The translations under genes and the position numbers were made by a program. DNA of 32,000 bases from Candidatus Methanophagaceae archaeon. Its GTDB lineage: Archaea; Halobacteriota; Syntropharchaeia; Alkanophagales; Methanospirareceae. This document shows positions 1 through 8,665 of this stretch, piece after piece. Location: contig PQXB01000002.1 of the NCBI GenBank assembly GCA_003194425.1, forward strand, positions 30,001-62,000. Reading direction: 5' to 3'. The notes beneath the pieces were generated by a model that saw nothing but the letters and a program-made list of their open reading frames with translations, was not told the DNA's origin and made no database searches. The stretch's first letter is position 1; every line of letters begins with the position of its first letter.

Positions 1-1165
1 AGAGCGTCCCGAAGTCGCCCCCAAGGGTGTCGGTCATTCCGTACTCAGGAACAGGGTCGATTTGAATTCCTTTCGGTGCTTCGCCACGCATCTGCTTAAC
101 GACCCAGTAGACCTGCGACGCCCCTGTCGCTCCGATTGGGTGTCCTCTGCCGAGCAGCCCGCCAGACGCGTTTACAGGTATTTTCCCGTCCCTCTCGGTC
201 TGCCCGTCTGCGGTCGCGTCTGCCGCCTCACCCCACCCGAAGAAGCCCATTCCTTCAAGCGCGATTAATTCCGCAATCGTAAAACAGTCGTGAAGTTCGA
301 GCACGTCAATCTCCGAAGGCTCGAGCCCCGCACGCTTAAACGCCATTCTCGCAGAACTCACCCTCGAAGCAGGCTTTGTCAAGTCCCCGCCAGCCATTTT
401 TGAGAGCGCACCGCCCGACCCCTGCCCCGTGCCAAGCACAAAAACAGGCTCGTCCGTGTACTTCCGCGCCTCCTCCGCGGAGCAGAGCACGAGAGCAGCA
501 GCACCGTCTGAGAAAGGGCAGCAGTCCAACAGCGTCAGCGGGTCCGCCACAAACCTCGAATTTACCACTTCCTCCACCTTCAGGTCCCCCATTTTCCCGT
601 AGAACTGCGCCAGCGGGTTTAACGCCCCTTGCCTGTGGTTCTTAACCGAGACGAGTGCCATTTTCTCACGCAGCTCTTCCAGCGGCACGCCGTAATTCTT
701 AGAGTACTGCAACGCCGCCATTCCGAAGACTCCTGGGAAAGTGAGCCCCGCTGGTCCCTCGGTCGGTGCGTGGCACGCCATCGAGAAAGTCCGCGTCGCA
801 AAGAGCGTCCCCATCGTCAACGCCCTCTCTACGCCCCCCGCCAGCACAACATCAAACTCCCCAGCAGCGACCCACATCGCCGCCTCGCGCACTGCAATCG
901 ACGCCGACGCGCACGCTCCCTCGTACCTCGTCGCAGGCACAGGACTCAGCCCGAGCTCGCCAGCAGAGAAGGCTGCGGGCATTACCTGCCCCTCCTCGAA
1001 ACCAGGCAGCGCCGAACCCTGAAACAACGCCTCCACATCCTTCAATTCCACGCCCGCGTCGTCTACCGCCTGCAACGCCGCCTCTGAGAAGAGCTCAAGC
1101 CCCTTCTTCGTCTTCGCTCGCCCGAACTTCGTGTGCCCAACTCCAATTATCGCTACATCCCTCAT
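1..1165 (-). CDS. Thiolase-family protein (archaeal acetyl-CoA C-acetyltransferase / SCP-x-type thiolase); C-terminal part runs off the left edge
   Basis: My own minus-strand translation from ATG (1165..1163) gives MRDVAIIGVGHTKFGRAKTKKGLELFSEAALQAVDDAGVELKDVEALFQGSALPGFEEGQ...YEGACASASIAVREAAMWVAAGEFDVVLAGGVE...ALVSVKNHRQGALNPLAQF. The frame stays open to position 2. It is missing from the ORF track only because it has no stop in the window. The listed + strand ORFs here are P/S/R-rich antisense artefacts. Confidence 0.8.
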   Translation of the reverse strand, partial: MRDVAIIGVGHTKFGRAKTKKGLELFSEAALQAVDDAGVELKDVEALFQGSALPGFEEGQVMPAAFSAGELGLSPVPATRYEGACASASIAVREAAMWVAAGEFDVVLAGGVERALTMGTLFATRTFSMACHAPTEGPAGLTFPGVFGMAALQYSKNYGVPLEELREKMALVSVKNHRQGALNPLAQFYGKMGDLKVEEVVNSRFVADPLTLLDCCPFSDGAAALVLCSAEEARKYTDEPVFVLGTGQGSGGALSKMAGGDLTKPASRVSSARMAFKRAGLEPSEIDVLELHDCFTIAELIALEGMGFFGWGEAADATADGQTERDGKIPVNASGGLLGRGHPIGATGASQVYWVVKQMRGEAPKGIQIDPVPEYGMTDTLGGDFGTL

Positions 1166-1213
1166 TTGCTCCTCCTTCTCTTTGCTCCTCCTTCTCTTTG
1201 CTTCTCCTTCTCC
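1166..1213 (-). repeat. 16-nt tandem repeat x3 (ttgctcctccttctct on +) immediately upstream of the thiolase ATG; each unit carries GGAGG on the mRNA strand
   Basis: Units at 1166-1181 and 1182-1197 are identical. The unit at 1198-1213 has 2 mismatches. Confidence 0.85.
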
Positions 1214-1264
1214 TTTCTCCCCCTTCTTAACTAAACCTAATAAAAATATAATAAACCAAAAAAT

Positions 1265-2449
1265 ATGAACCCAAAAACAACAATCGAACGGGCGAAGGAG
1301 CATTTCGGAAAAATCATTGAGGAGCAACTGAACCGCGTTGAAGCACTGAAAAACTCCGAGACTCGCGAAAATTGGACAGACTACAAATCGCTAAAACCCA
1401 TCGTAATCGGCGTAATCGGGGGAGACGGAATCGGTCCTTACATTTCGAGGGAAACGAGGCGGGTTTTGGAGTTCCTGCTGCGCGACGCGGTGGAGAGCGG
1501 TAAGATTCGGTTTAAAGAGATTTCGGGGCTGACAATCGAACGCCGTGTAGAGGTCGGGCAGACGCTACCTGACGCGGTGCTTGCGGAGGTAAAGAAATGC
1601 CACGTGCTTCTAAAAGGTCCAACGACAACTCCAACCGCCAAGGACGGCTCCTGGCCGAACCTCGAGAGTGCGAACGTGGCGTTGAGGCGAGAGCTTGACC
1701 TTTTTGCGAACGTCCGCCCTGTAAAAGTGCCGGAGCAGGGAATTGACTGGGTCTTCTTCCGCGAGAACACCGAAGGAGCCTACATTCTCGGAAGCAGGGG
1801 TGTAAATGTCTCCGACGACCTCGCCGTTGACTTTAAGGTCGCCACAACGCAGGGTTCGGAGCGAATAATTCGGCTCGCCTTCGACTACGCCCACCGAAAC
1901 GAAATCAACCGCCTGACCGTCGTAACGAAAGCAAACATCTTGAAAGCGACCGACGGCAAGTTCCTCGGCGTCGCAGATTATGTCGCCGCACGCTACCCCG
2001 CGGTCAAGTGGGACAGTTGGTTCGTGGACATTTTTGCTGCCAAACTCCTTGACCCAAAGCGACGCAGGGAGTTCCGAGTCGTCGTTCTTCCTAACCTCTA
2101 CGGCGACATCGTTACAGACGAAGCCGCGGAGTTGCAGGGTGGCGTCGGCACCGCAGGCAGCGCCAACATCGGCAAACGCTACGCAATGTTCGAGGCAATT
2201 CACGGCTCTGCACCGAGAATGGTTGAAGAAGGAAGGGCAGAGTTTGCCAACCCGTCAAGCCTTCTGCGTGCCTCTGTGCTGCTCCTCCGCCACATCGGGT
2301 TCGTTGCAGAAGCGGAGAAGTTGGAGACCGTTCTTGATTTTTGTTCGCGTGAAAAGAGTAAGAGAAAGCTCGTTCCAAGCGGTCGTTCTGACGGTGCGAC
2401 CTGCACGGAGTTCGCGGATTTTGTGATGAAAACTATTCCGAAGATTTAG
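1265..2449 (+). CDS. Isocitrate/isopropylmalate dehydrogenase family protein (IDH-like)
   Basis: 394 aa. Motifs GGDGIGPYI, LKGPTTTP...SANVALRRELDLFANVRPV (IDH-type substrate loop) and NLYGDIVTDEAAELQGGVGTAGSANIG. Confidence 0.85.
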   Translation: MNPKTTIERAKEHFGKIIEEQLNRVEALKNSETRENWTDYKSLKPIVIGVIGGDGIGPYISRETRRVLEFLLRDAVESGKIRFKEISGLTIERRVEVGQTLPDAVLAEVKKCHVLLKGPTTTPTAKDGSWPNLESANVALRRELDLFANVRPVKVPEQGIDWVFFRENTEGAYILGSRGVNVSDDLAVDFKVATTQGSERIIRLAFDYAHRNEINRLTVVTKANILKATDGKFLGVADYVAARYPAVKWDSWFVDIFAAKLLDPKRRREFRVVVLPNLYGDIVTDEAAELQGGVGTAGSANIGKRYAMFEAIHGSAPRMVEEGRAEFANPSSLLRASVLLLRHIGFVAEAEKLETVLDFCSREKSKRKLVPSGRSDGATCTEFADFVMKTIPKI

Positions 2450-4616
2450 TATTCTCTTTCTCCTTCTTCTCCTTCCACTGCAGGAAATTGCAGTACGGGC
2501 AGCCGAAGTCCCACGCCCGCCGCTTCCCTTTCCCCACAATCTTCAACTTGAACAGGTAAGGGTGCTCCTCGCATTTGTCCTCGGTCACGACCACCTTTCC
2601 AGTCGTTGAGTTCGGCAGTGGCAGGGAGAAACTGCAGTCAGGGTAGTTGCTACAGCCCAGAAACCTCTTGCCTCGTTTGGATCGCCGTAGCAAGAGTGCA
2701 GACCCGCATTTCGGGCACTCGCCGACGACCTTGTCGATTTTTACGGCTTCTCTAAGCGACTTCGCAATTTCCTCGCGGTTCGCAGTCAGCTCCTTGAACG
2801 CAGCTTTCAGAATCCGCCTCGAATCAGCCACCACCTCCTCCTTCGCACGCTTGCCCACGCTTATTTCGTCCATCTCCTGCTCCAGCGTCTTCGTCATTTC
2901 CGGCTTCGTTACCAACGTCGCGTGCTTCTCCAACGCGTCGACGAGAGCGAAGGCTTTTCCTGTCGGCTTTGCGGGGTTGCCCTGCACGTACTCGCGGTCG
3001 TACAACTTTCCAATTATCTCGTGCCTCGTGCTCTTCGTGCCGAGCCCCAGCTCCTCCATCTTTTTCACCAACCCTGCCTGCGAAATCCTGTTCGGCGGTT
3101 TCGTCTCCTTCTCCACGACCTCAACGCCAACGACCTCCACTCGCTCGCCCTTCTTTAAGTCCGGTAATTTTAGCACCTCCTTCTCCCGCTTCAAATACGG
3201 GTAAACCGCCAAAAACCCCCGTTCCTTCAGTTCCTTCCCCTTCGCCTTCAAAATCTCGCCGCCCGCCTCTACCTTGACCTCCGTGTCCTTCCACTTTGCG
3301 GGGTCCGAGAGCGTAGCCAAGAACCGCCTCACCACGAGTTCGTAGACCTTCCACTCGTCACTGCCTTCCTCAATTTTCTTCTCGCCCGCTTCTGCGGTGG
3401 CGACAGGGTGAATCGGCGGGTGGTCGGTGGTCTTCTTCTTGCCCGCGGTCGGCTTTAGAGTCCTCTTCTTCGCGATTTTGGCAGCGTGCTCCCCGACCCC
3501 AACCCCTAACACCCTGCTGCCCAGAAACATCTTCACCAACGCCCTCAAGTCCAGCGTCTTGGGGTAGGTGGTGTTGTCGGTGCGGTGGTAAGAAATGAGT
3601 CCTGCGAGGTAGAGGCTCTCTGCGACGGTCATCGTGCGTTTCGGCGAGAACCCGAAGGACGCCGCGGCTCTTATGAACGCAGTGGTGTCGAAAGGCGTCG
3701 GCGGCTTCTCAGTCCGCAACTTCGTCTTTACTGCACACACAACCGCACCACCACTGCCCGCACCACCACTGCCTGCACCACCACCTGCTCCTTCTCCAGC
3801 CACTCCAGCCACTCCAGCCACTCCAGCAGCCTCAATTCTCGCCTTCGCCGCCTCTGCCTCCGCCTTCTTCCAGAACTTACCCTTCTCGTGTGCAGCCTCA
3901 AAAATCTCGCCCTTCGCGGTCTTTAATTTTGCAGTCACCTCCCAGTACTTGCGAGGCACGAACTTCTCAATCTCTCGCTCCCTCGCGACCAGCAACGCAA
4001 GCGTCGGGGACTGCACACGACCGACCGAGAAGAGAGAGGAGAAACTCGCAGACAACGAGACGAACCTTGTCAGCGACGCACCCCAGACCAAGTCGGTAAT
4101 TTGTCTCGCTTCGGCTGCTGCTGCGAGGTTGTAGTCCACTTCGCTCCTCGCTGCGAAGCTCTCTTTTATCTCCTTCTCTGTGATCGCGCTGTAACGCATT
4201 CGGTCGATTTTCACGCTCGCCCTCGGCGACAGCAGCGCGGGGTTGGATTTTTTAATAATATTTAGTGCTTCGACGCCGATTAACTCGCCCTCGCGGTCGT
4301 AGTCGGTTGCAAGCGTGAGGGCGTCGGCGTCCTTCGCAATCTGCCGCAACGCCTTGACCACCTCCTTTTTTAGCGGAACCACGACTAACTCGGAATCAAT
4401 TAATTTGTAAGCGTTTGTCAGGCTCCAAGTCTTGTACTCTTTCGGGACGTCCAACTGAACAATGTGCCCGCTCAGCCCAACGACCACTTTCCCGTCGAAC
4501 TCGTACGCGGCTACTTTCTCTACTCCTCCTACCTTCATCTTCTTTGCTCTGCCGTCGGAGAGGATTGCTGCGATTCGCCTCGCTGTCGTCCCTTTCTCTG
4601 TAATTATGTAGTGCAT
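2433..4616 (-). CDS. topA: DNA topoisomerase IA (archaeal TopA/topo III type) with C-terminal zinc ribbons
   Basis: 727 aa. N-terminal TOPRIM (MHYIITEKGTTARRIA...ATDYDREGE), SYHRTDNT active-site Tyr region, C-terminal CPKCGS...CSNYPDC and CPYC. Carries a low-complexity insert AGVAGVAGVAGEGAGGGAGSGGAGSGGA. Confidence 0.9.
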   Translation of the reverse strand: MHYIITEKGTTARRIAAILSDGRAKKMKVGGVEKVAAYEFDGKVVVGLSGHIVQLDVPKEYKTWSLTNAYKLIDSELVVVPLKKEVVKALRQIAKDADALTLATDYDREGELIGVEALNIIKKSNPALLSPRASVKIDRMRYSAITEKEIKESFAARSEVDYNLAAAAEARQITDLVWGASLTRFVSLSASFSSLFSVGRVQSPTLALLVAREREIEKFVPRKYWEVTAKLKTAKGEIFEAAHEKGKFWKKAEAEAAKARIEAAGVAGVAGVAGEGAGGGAGSGGAGSGGAVVCAVKTKLRTEKPPTPFDTTAFIRAAASFGFSPKRTMTVAESLYLAGLISYHRTDNTTYPKTLDLRALVKMFLGSRVLGVGVGEHAAKIAKKRTLKPTAGKKKTTDHPPIHPVATAEAGEKKIEEGSDEWKVYELVVRRFLATLSDPAKWKDTEVKVEAGGEILKAKGKELKERGFLAVYPYLKREKEVLKLPDLKKGERVEVVGVEVVEKETKPPNRISQAGLVKKMEELGLGTKSTRHEIIGKLYDREYVQGNPAKPTGKAFALVDALEKHATLVTKPEMTKTLEQEMDEISVGKRAKEEVVADSRRILKAAFKELTANREEIAKSLREAVKIDKVVGECPKCGSALLLRRSKRGKRFLGCSNYPDCSFSLPLPNSTTGKVVVTEDKCEEHPYLFKLKIVGKGKRRAWDFGCPYCNFLQWKEKKEKENTKSSE

Positions 4617-4697
4617 CTTGTCTCGTTTTCCTGTAGTTTATTTAAAGCCGAGAGCCAAGTAAAATTGGAGAAAGAATTGGAGAAGAGAAATTAGACA

Positions 4698-5807
4698 ATG
4701 GCGACAATCATCGGGAAGGTTTTGCGGGTTCTACCACTTAAAGAAGTTAGACCGAGACCAAAAGCAGAACGAACAGCAACAGAACGAACTGCAACAGAAC
4801 GAACTGCAGAGCAAGTAAGCGGTGGCGAGACTAAAAAAATCGTGGACCTCATAATTTCGGACGAGTTTGACTACAGAAAGGTCTCGTTTTGGGAGGAGTA
4901 CGCAGAACTCGTCGCTCGTGGCAAGATAAAGACTGGCGACGTGCTGAAGATTGAGAACGCTTGGATTTTAAGCAGCGAGAAGCAGGCAGCAGAGAAACGA
5001 GCGAACGTCGGGAGATTTACGAGGGTAACCAAAATCTCAAGAGAAATCGACGCTTTGAGCCGTGCCGACTACTTGAGGCAGAACCTTACCGTGCTGGCGG
5101 TTGCGAGACCCGAGAAGAGGGGGCGGGTCTGCGTCGCGGGTGTAACCGAGAACGGCGAGTGGGTGCGACCGCAGGACGTTTACGAAGCAGACACGCAAAA
5201 CTTCAAGAACCTCTGCGTCTCAAAAGTTTATCTCGACGCGTGGCGGGGCAGGCGGGCACGGAAGGAGGACAGGTTCTTCGTCTGCGGCGAGGGTGTGGGC
5301 AGGGAACTGAGCGAGGACGAGAAGCGAGCGTTCCTGGAGCAGAACCTCGACGACTCGGTAGACGCAGTCTTTAAGAGCGGAAAGCAGGGCGAGAGAAGGA
5401 GCTTAGGTCTGATAAAACCACGCATTCTGCGGGTCCACGAGGAGGTGGCGAAGTCGGGAAAAAGGGGAAAGGCAGAGGGAAGGGAAAAAGAGGGAAGGGG
5501 AAAAAGCGGGAAGGGGAAAAAAGAGAGAGTGAAAAGTCACGAACAGTACCTCCGCTTCAACTTCAAAGACGGCTCGGGCAGAACTTACCGCGGGTGGTCG
5601 TGCAGGTGCGACGACTTCTACAAAGCCTGGAACGACCTAAAGCAGAAGCACCGTTGGACTTACGGCTGGAGAATGCTCTGGCGTTTGCGGAGGAGCGAGA
5701 CTTACCTCGTAATTGGGCTCACTTTCTCGGACTACGGCGTTGAGCGGCTGGAGTACGGCGCATACCCAATGATCGTCGGGGTTCATTCAATTAAAAATCA
5801 GAAATAA
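4698..5807 (+). CDS. Hypothetical nucleic-acid-binding protein: N-terminal RPA-like OB fold plus a C-terminal domain resembling the 'dual OB' (DuOB) family
   Basis: 369 aa. The N-terminal pattern KKIVDLIISDEFDYRKVSFWEEYAELVARGKIKTGDVLKIENAWI is typical of OB folds. The second domain starts LTVLAVARPEKRGRVCVAGVTENGEWVRP. An ERTAT x3 repeat and a K/G/E-rich linker are present. Function is not assignable from sequence alone. Confidence 0.55.
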   Translation: MATIIGKVLRVLPLKEVRPRPKAERTATERTATERTAEQVSGGETKKIVDLIISDEFDYRKVSFWEEYAELVARGKIKTGDVLKIENAWILSSEKQAAEKRANVGRFTRVTKISREIDALSRADYLRQNLTVLAVARPEKRGRVCVAGVTENGEWVRPQDVYEADTQNFKNLCVSKVYLDAWRGRRARKEDRFFVCGEGVGRELSEDEKRAFLEQNLDDSVDAVFKSGKQGERRSLGLIKPRILRVHEEVAKSGKRGKAEGREKEGRGKSGKGKKERVKSHEQYLRFNFKDGSGRTYRGWSCRCDDFYKAWNDLKQKHRWTYGWRMLWRLRRSETYLVIGLTFSDYGVERLEYGAYPMIVGVHSIKNQK

Positions 5808-6241
5808 AACTCCCTCACGAACTCCGGCTTCCTCGCCAGCAGGTCCCGAATGCTCACAATTCCCACGAACCTGCCGTTTTCAACAACGGGCAGTCGTTTT
5901 ATTCGCTTCCGCGCTGCGAGTTTGCAGGCTTCGTCTACCGTTGTCTCTGGCTCGACGGTGACTAGAGGAGACGACATTATTTCTCTCGCCTTTACTTCGC
6001 TCGCCCGCTTGTCCTTCAGCAAAACCTTTAACGCAATGTCCCGCTCGGTGATAATTCCCACGGGCTTCCCTCCTTTACTCCCCTCTCGCCCTTCTTTCTC
6101 CCCTTCTTTCCCCTCTTCTCCGCTACTCGTTATCGCCACGCTCCCAATTCCCAACTCGTCCATATCTTCCGCTATTTTCGTAACCAGCGTCTCCTCATCC
6201 TCTGCGATTATTGGACGACTCATTATTTCCCTTATTTTCAT
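5798..6241 (-). CDS. CBS-domain pair protein
   Basis: 147 aa. Two CBS repeats (IMSRPIIAEDEETL...GIGSVAI and REIMSSPLVTVEPETTVDEACKLAARKRIKRLPVVENGRFVGIVSIRDLL). G/E/K insert SSGEEGKEGEKEGREGSKGGKP. Confidence 0.85.
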   Translation of the reverse strand: MKIREIMSRPIIAEDEETLVTKIAEDMDELGIGSVAITSSGEEGKEGEKEGREGSKGGKPVGIITERDIALKVLLKDKRASEVKAREIMSSPLVTVEPETTVDEACKLAARKRIKRLPVVENGRFVGIVSIRDLLARKPEFVREFYF

Positions 6242-6604
6242 CCTTCCCTCTCCTCCTTTCCCTCTTCTTTCCCTCTTCGTTACTCCGCTCTGATATTAGA
6301 ACAAACCTTATTTAAACCTTATTTAAGTCCCGCTCTTATTAAAATCAAAAACATCAAAGTATTTAAACGCAGAAATTATAAAGTAAGTTCGCAAGTGTGT
6401 TGAATTGCAGTGCAAACGTAAACATTTATCGCCGAGAGCGCAAGGGTTTAACCGAGATTCCTTCCAGATGAACGAGGAGAGAGGGGGAGCCCGCGGTAAA
6501 AGAAAATAGCGACGCCTGAACAGAGGCTCTCCCACAAGATCTCTGAATTCTCCACCGCACCTACTTTTATTTTACTAAACTTTTGTGAAAACGAGCGGTT
6601 TCCG

Positions 6605-7618
6605 ATGAAAATAACGATAATCGGCGGGGCAGGAGGAATGGGAAAGTGGTTCGCCGGGTTTTTCAAGGCGAACGGTGCTGAAGTTCGGATCGTGGACAAG
6701 AGCGAGCAGACCGAGGCGGTCGCAAGACAAATCGGCGTGGAATTCTTGAAGACCGACATTTTGGGCGACGAAAAAGAAGAAAAAAAAGAAGAAGGAGAGA
6801 AGGAGGTTGCGGCGACCGAGGTGCTGCTCGTTTCGGTCCCGATTGACTTAACGAGCCGCGTGATTGAGCGAGTGGGACCGAGAATGCCGGCAGGCTCGCT
6901 GCTGATGGATTTAACTTCGGTGAAAAAAGCACCGGTTGCTGCGATGGAACGATTTGCGAGCAGCGGTGTTGAGATTCTCGGCACGCACCCCCTCTTCGGT
7001 CCTTCTGCAAAGAGCCTGCAGGGTCAGACTGTCATTCTCGTGCCTTCAACTTCAAGAAGCGGCTCAAGCGGTTTAGTGAGTTTGAAGGGTTTGAGGGGTT
7101 CGAGGGGTTCGAGGGGTTCGAGGGGTTTGAGGGGTTCGAGGGGTTCGAAATCCGAAAAAATCGCAGAGCTCTTCAAGAGTAAAGGGGCGAGGATTGAAGT
7201 CTTAACTGCGGCGGAGCACGACGAAATAATGGCAGTGGTTCAGGGGCTGACGCATTTTATCCTCATCGCTTTCGGCGTTGCTTTAAAAGACCTCGATTTT
7301 GAGGTCGCACGGGCGAGGCGGTTTATGAACCCGCAGTTCAAAATAATAACCGATTTCGTGGGCAGGCTCCTGCACCAAGACCCGCACCTTTACGCAACAA
7401 TTCAGACGAACTTCGAAATGGGCAGGATTCACGAGGCGTTTTTGACGACTGCCAGCAGGCTGCACGAGTTGGTCTTAGAAGGTAGAGTGGGTGAGTTAGT
7501 AAAAGAAATGCAGGAGGCGAAGAGGCATTTCGGGAACGCCGAGACCGAGCGAGCGTTCGCGGACTCGGAGCGGGTGTTAGAGCAGAAGCTAAAAGAGGGT
7601 GGAAAAAGAAAAAAATGA
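6605..7618 (+). CDS. tyrA: Prephenate dehydrogenase
   Basis: 337 aa. Rossmann motif MKITIIGGAGGMGKWFA, GTHPLFGP, helical C-terminal domain. Insert GLRGSRGSRGSRGLRGSRGS is encoded by a 9-bp repeat. Confidence 0.85.
   Translation: MKITIIGGAGGMGKWFAGFFKANGAEVRIVDKSEQTEAVARQIGVEFLKTDILGDEKEEKKEEGEKEVAATEVLLVSVPIDLTSRVIERVGPRMPAGSLLMDLTSVKKAPVAAMERFASSGVEILGTHPLFGPSAKSLQGQTVILVPSTSRSGSSGLVSLKGLRGSRGSRGSRGLRGSRGSKSEKIAELFKSKGARIEVLTAAEHDEIMAVVQGLTHFILIAFGVALKDLDFEVARARRFMNPQFKIITDFVGRLLHQDPHLYATIQTNFEMGRIHEAFLTTASRLHELVLEGRVGELVKEMQEAKRHFGNAETERAFADSERVLEQKLKEGGKRKK
7084..7147 (+). repeat. 9-bp in-frame tandem repeat (gaggggttc / gaggggttt) x7 inside tyrA
   Basis: Direct reading of 7084-7147. Encodes the (G/L)RGS repeats. 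Confidence 0.9.
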
Positions 7619-8508
7619 GGAGTTTCCTCGAGGAATATTCAAGGCTCGTTGGACTTCTTCTGCTCTCTTTCGTGTTTATTTTCCTTTTTTCAACCCCCTC
7701 AATGATTCTCGCTAAAACGATCACAACGATTGACACCGAGCTCTCGCGTGCGTCCGGGACTGCAACGCCTGTCCGAACGCTGTTGGATTTCGGAAACAAC
7801 GAGCACATTCAGGCTTTTCCGCGGCAGGTCGGCGAGTGGACTGCCGCAAACGATTACAACACGACGCAGGTTGCAGAGAGCCTGGGTGCAGAAGTGGTGC
7901 TCTTGCGTGCCTACAAGCATCCGAAATTCTATCAGCCCGTGATTTTTCTGATTGTGCAGTCCAACGCTCGTTCAAGCTTTCACCCCCCGATCGTCTGCTA
8001 CCCCGCGATGGGCTACGAGATTGAAGAAGAGGGCAAGGCGAAAATAGAGGTGCAGAATTTGAGCTGGGTGGAAAAACCGTTGTACGCTGCCTGGGCGGGG
8101 GAGGGGACTGGCGGTGAGAGGGCGTGGGCGGCGAGCCGAAATTTCAACGACACAATCTCCGCCAAGAAACTCGTCGTCGTAAAGAAAGCAGCGGCAGGCG
8201 AGGTAACCGAGCGACTGGTCGTGCTGTATTTTTATGTAAAAGAGAGCCCTTTTACTTCAGAGAACATTACCTTGGTCCGCGTCTCGGCACTCGCACCCAC
8301 TAAAGGCTCTTACGACGGCGTTCTCGGCGTAACAAAAGAGTTCTTGGGCGAGTCGGTGCCAAGAATGTTTGAACCGCGAAGAGAAGAGGAGCGGGTTATT
8401 TTTATTCTCCTCGATTTAGGTTCTGTGGTGGGTAAAGTGGCGGTTGGCTTGCTGCTCCTTCTCCCGCTGCTGCTCCTCTTTTACCCGCAAATTAAAAGAT
8501 TAATTTAA
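7615..8508 (+). CDS. Membrane-anchored EpsI-like (DUF3485, exosortase/archaeosortase-associated family) protein, putative
   Basis: 297 aa. N-terminal and C-terminal hydrophobic helices. FPRQVGEWTA...LGAEVVLLRAYK...PVIFLIVQSNARSSFHPPIVCYPAMGYEI matches my memory of the EpsI signature (P..iG.W...R.Y...h.P..C.p..G). The start overlaps the tyrA stop (ATGA). Confidence 0.5.
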   Translation: MRSFLEEYSRLVGLLLLSFVFIFLFSTPSMILAKTITTIDTELSRASGTATPVRTLLDFGNNEHIQAFPRQVGEWTAANDYNTTQVAESLGAEVVLLRAYKHPKFYQPVIFLIVQSNARSSFHPPIVCYPAMGYEIEEEGKAKIEVQNLSWVEKPLYAAWAGEGTGGERAWAASRNFNDTISAKKLVVVKKAAAGEVTERLVVLYFYVKESPFTSENITLVRVSALAPTKGSYDGVLGVTKEFLGESVPRMFEPRREEERVIFILLDLGSVVGKVAVGLLLLLPLLLLFYPQIKRLI

Positions 8509-8665
8509 CTTCAATCTTAAGGTAAAGCGGCATAAGTTCGAACAGACGCACATCGTACCGCTCGTCCTTCACACGCGAGAGGAACCAGTCGCTTCGGTCA
8601 GTACTCTCGCCCTTAACCACCGAGCCGTAGAGCAGCACGCCCAGAACAGAAGCGTTGTCGAGCAA
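8492..8665 (-). pseudogene. Possible remnant or mini-ORF with a nucleotidyltransferase (MNT-like) GS motif
   Basis: My minus-strand translation, with a TTG as the only candidate start, gives LLDNASVLGVLLYGSVVKGESTDRSDWFLSRVKDERYDVRLFELMPLYLKIEVKLIF*. VLGVLLYGSVVKGE..SD resembles the minimal NTase G-S-x9-12-(D/E)x(D/E) motif, but the second acidic residue is missing. It is preceded by a GA-rich leader like real genes here. Confidence 0.25.

Noticed and set aside
62-1230. Several + strand ORFs (62-268, 376-645, 629-1087, 741-1022, 766-1230)
   Set aside because: They are P/S/R/A-rich with no recognisable motifs and lie antisense to a clean thiolase reading frame that stays open on the minus strand from 1165 to the window edge. 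They are typical shadow ORFs of GC-rich coding DNA.
2647-4134. + strand ORFs 2647-3204, 2969-3277, 3585-3926, 3634-4134
   Set aside because: All are antisense to topA. Their low-complexity sequence is partly produced by the topA repeat region.
6460-6525. Possible C/D-box sRNA (agatgaa ... ctga about 55 nt apart)
   Set aside because: The C box deviates from RUGAUGA at a critical position (AGAUGAA). No C'/D' pair or terminal stem was found.
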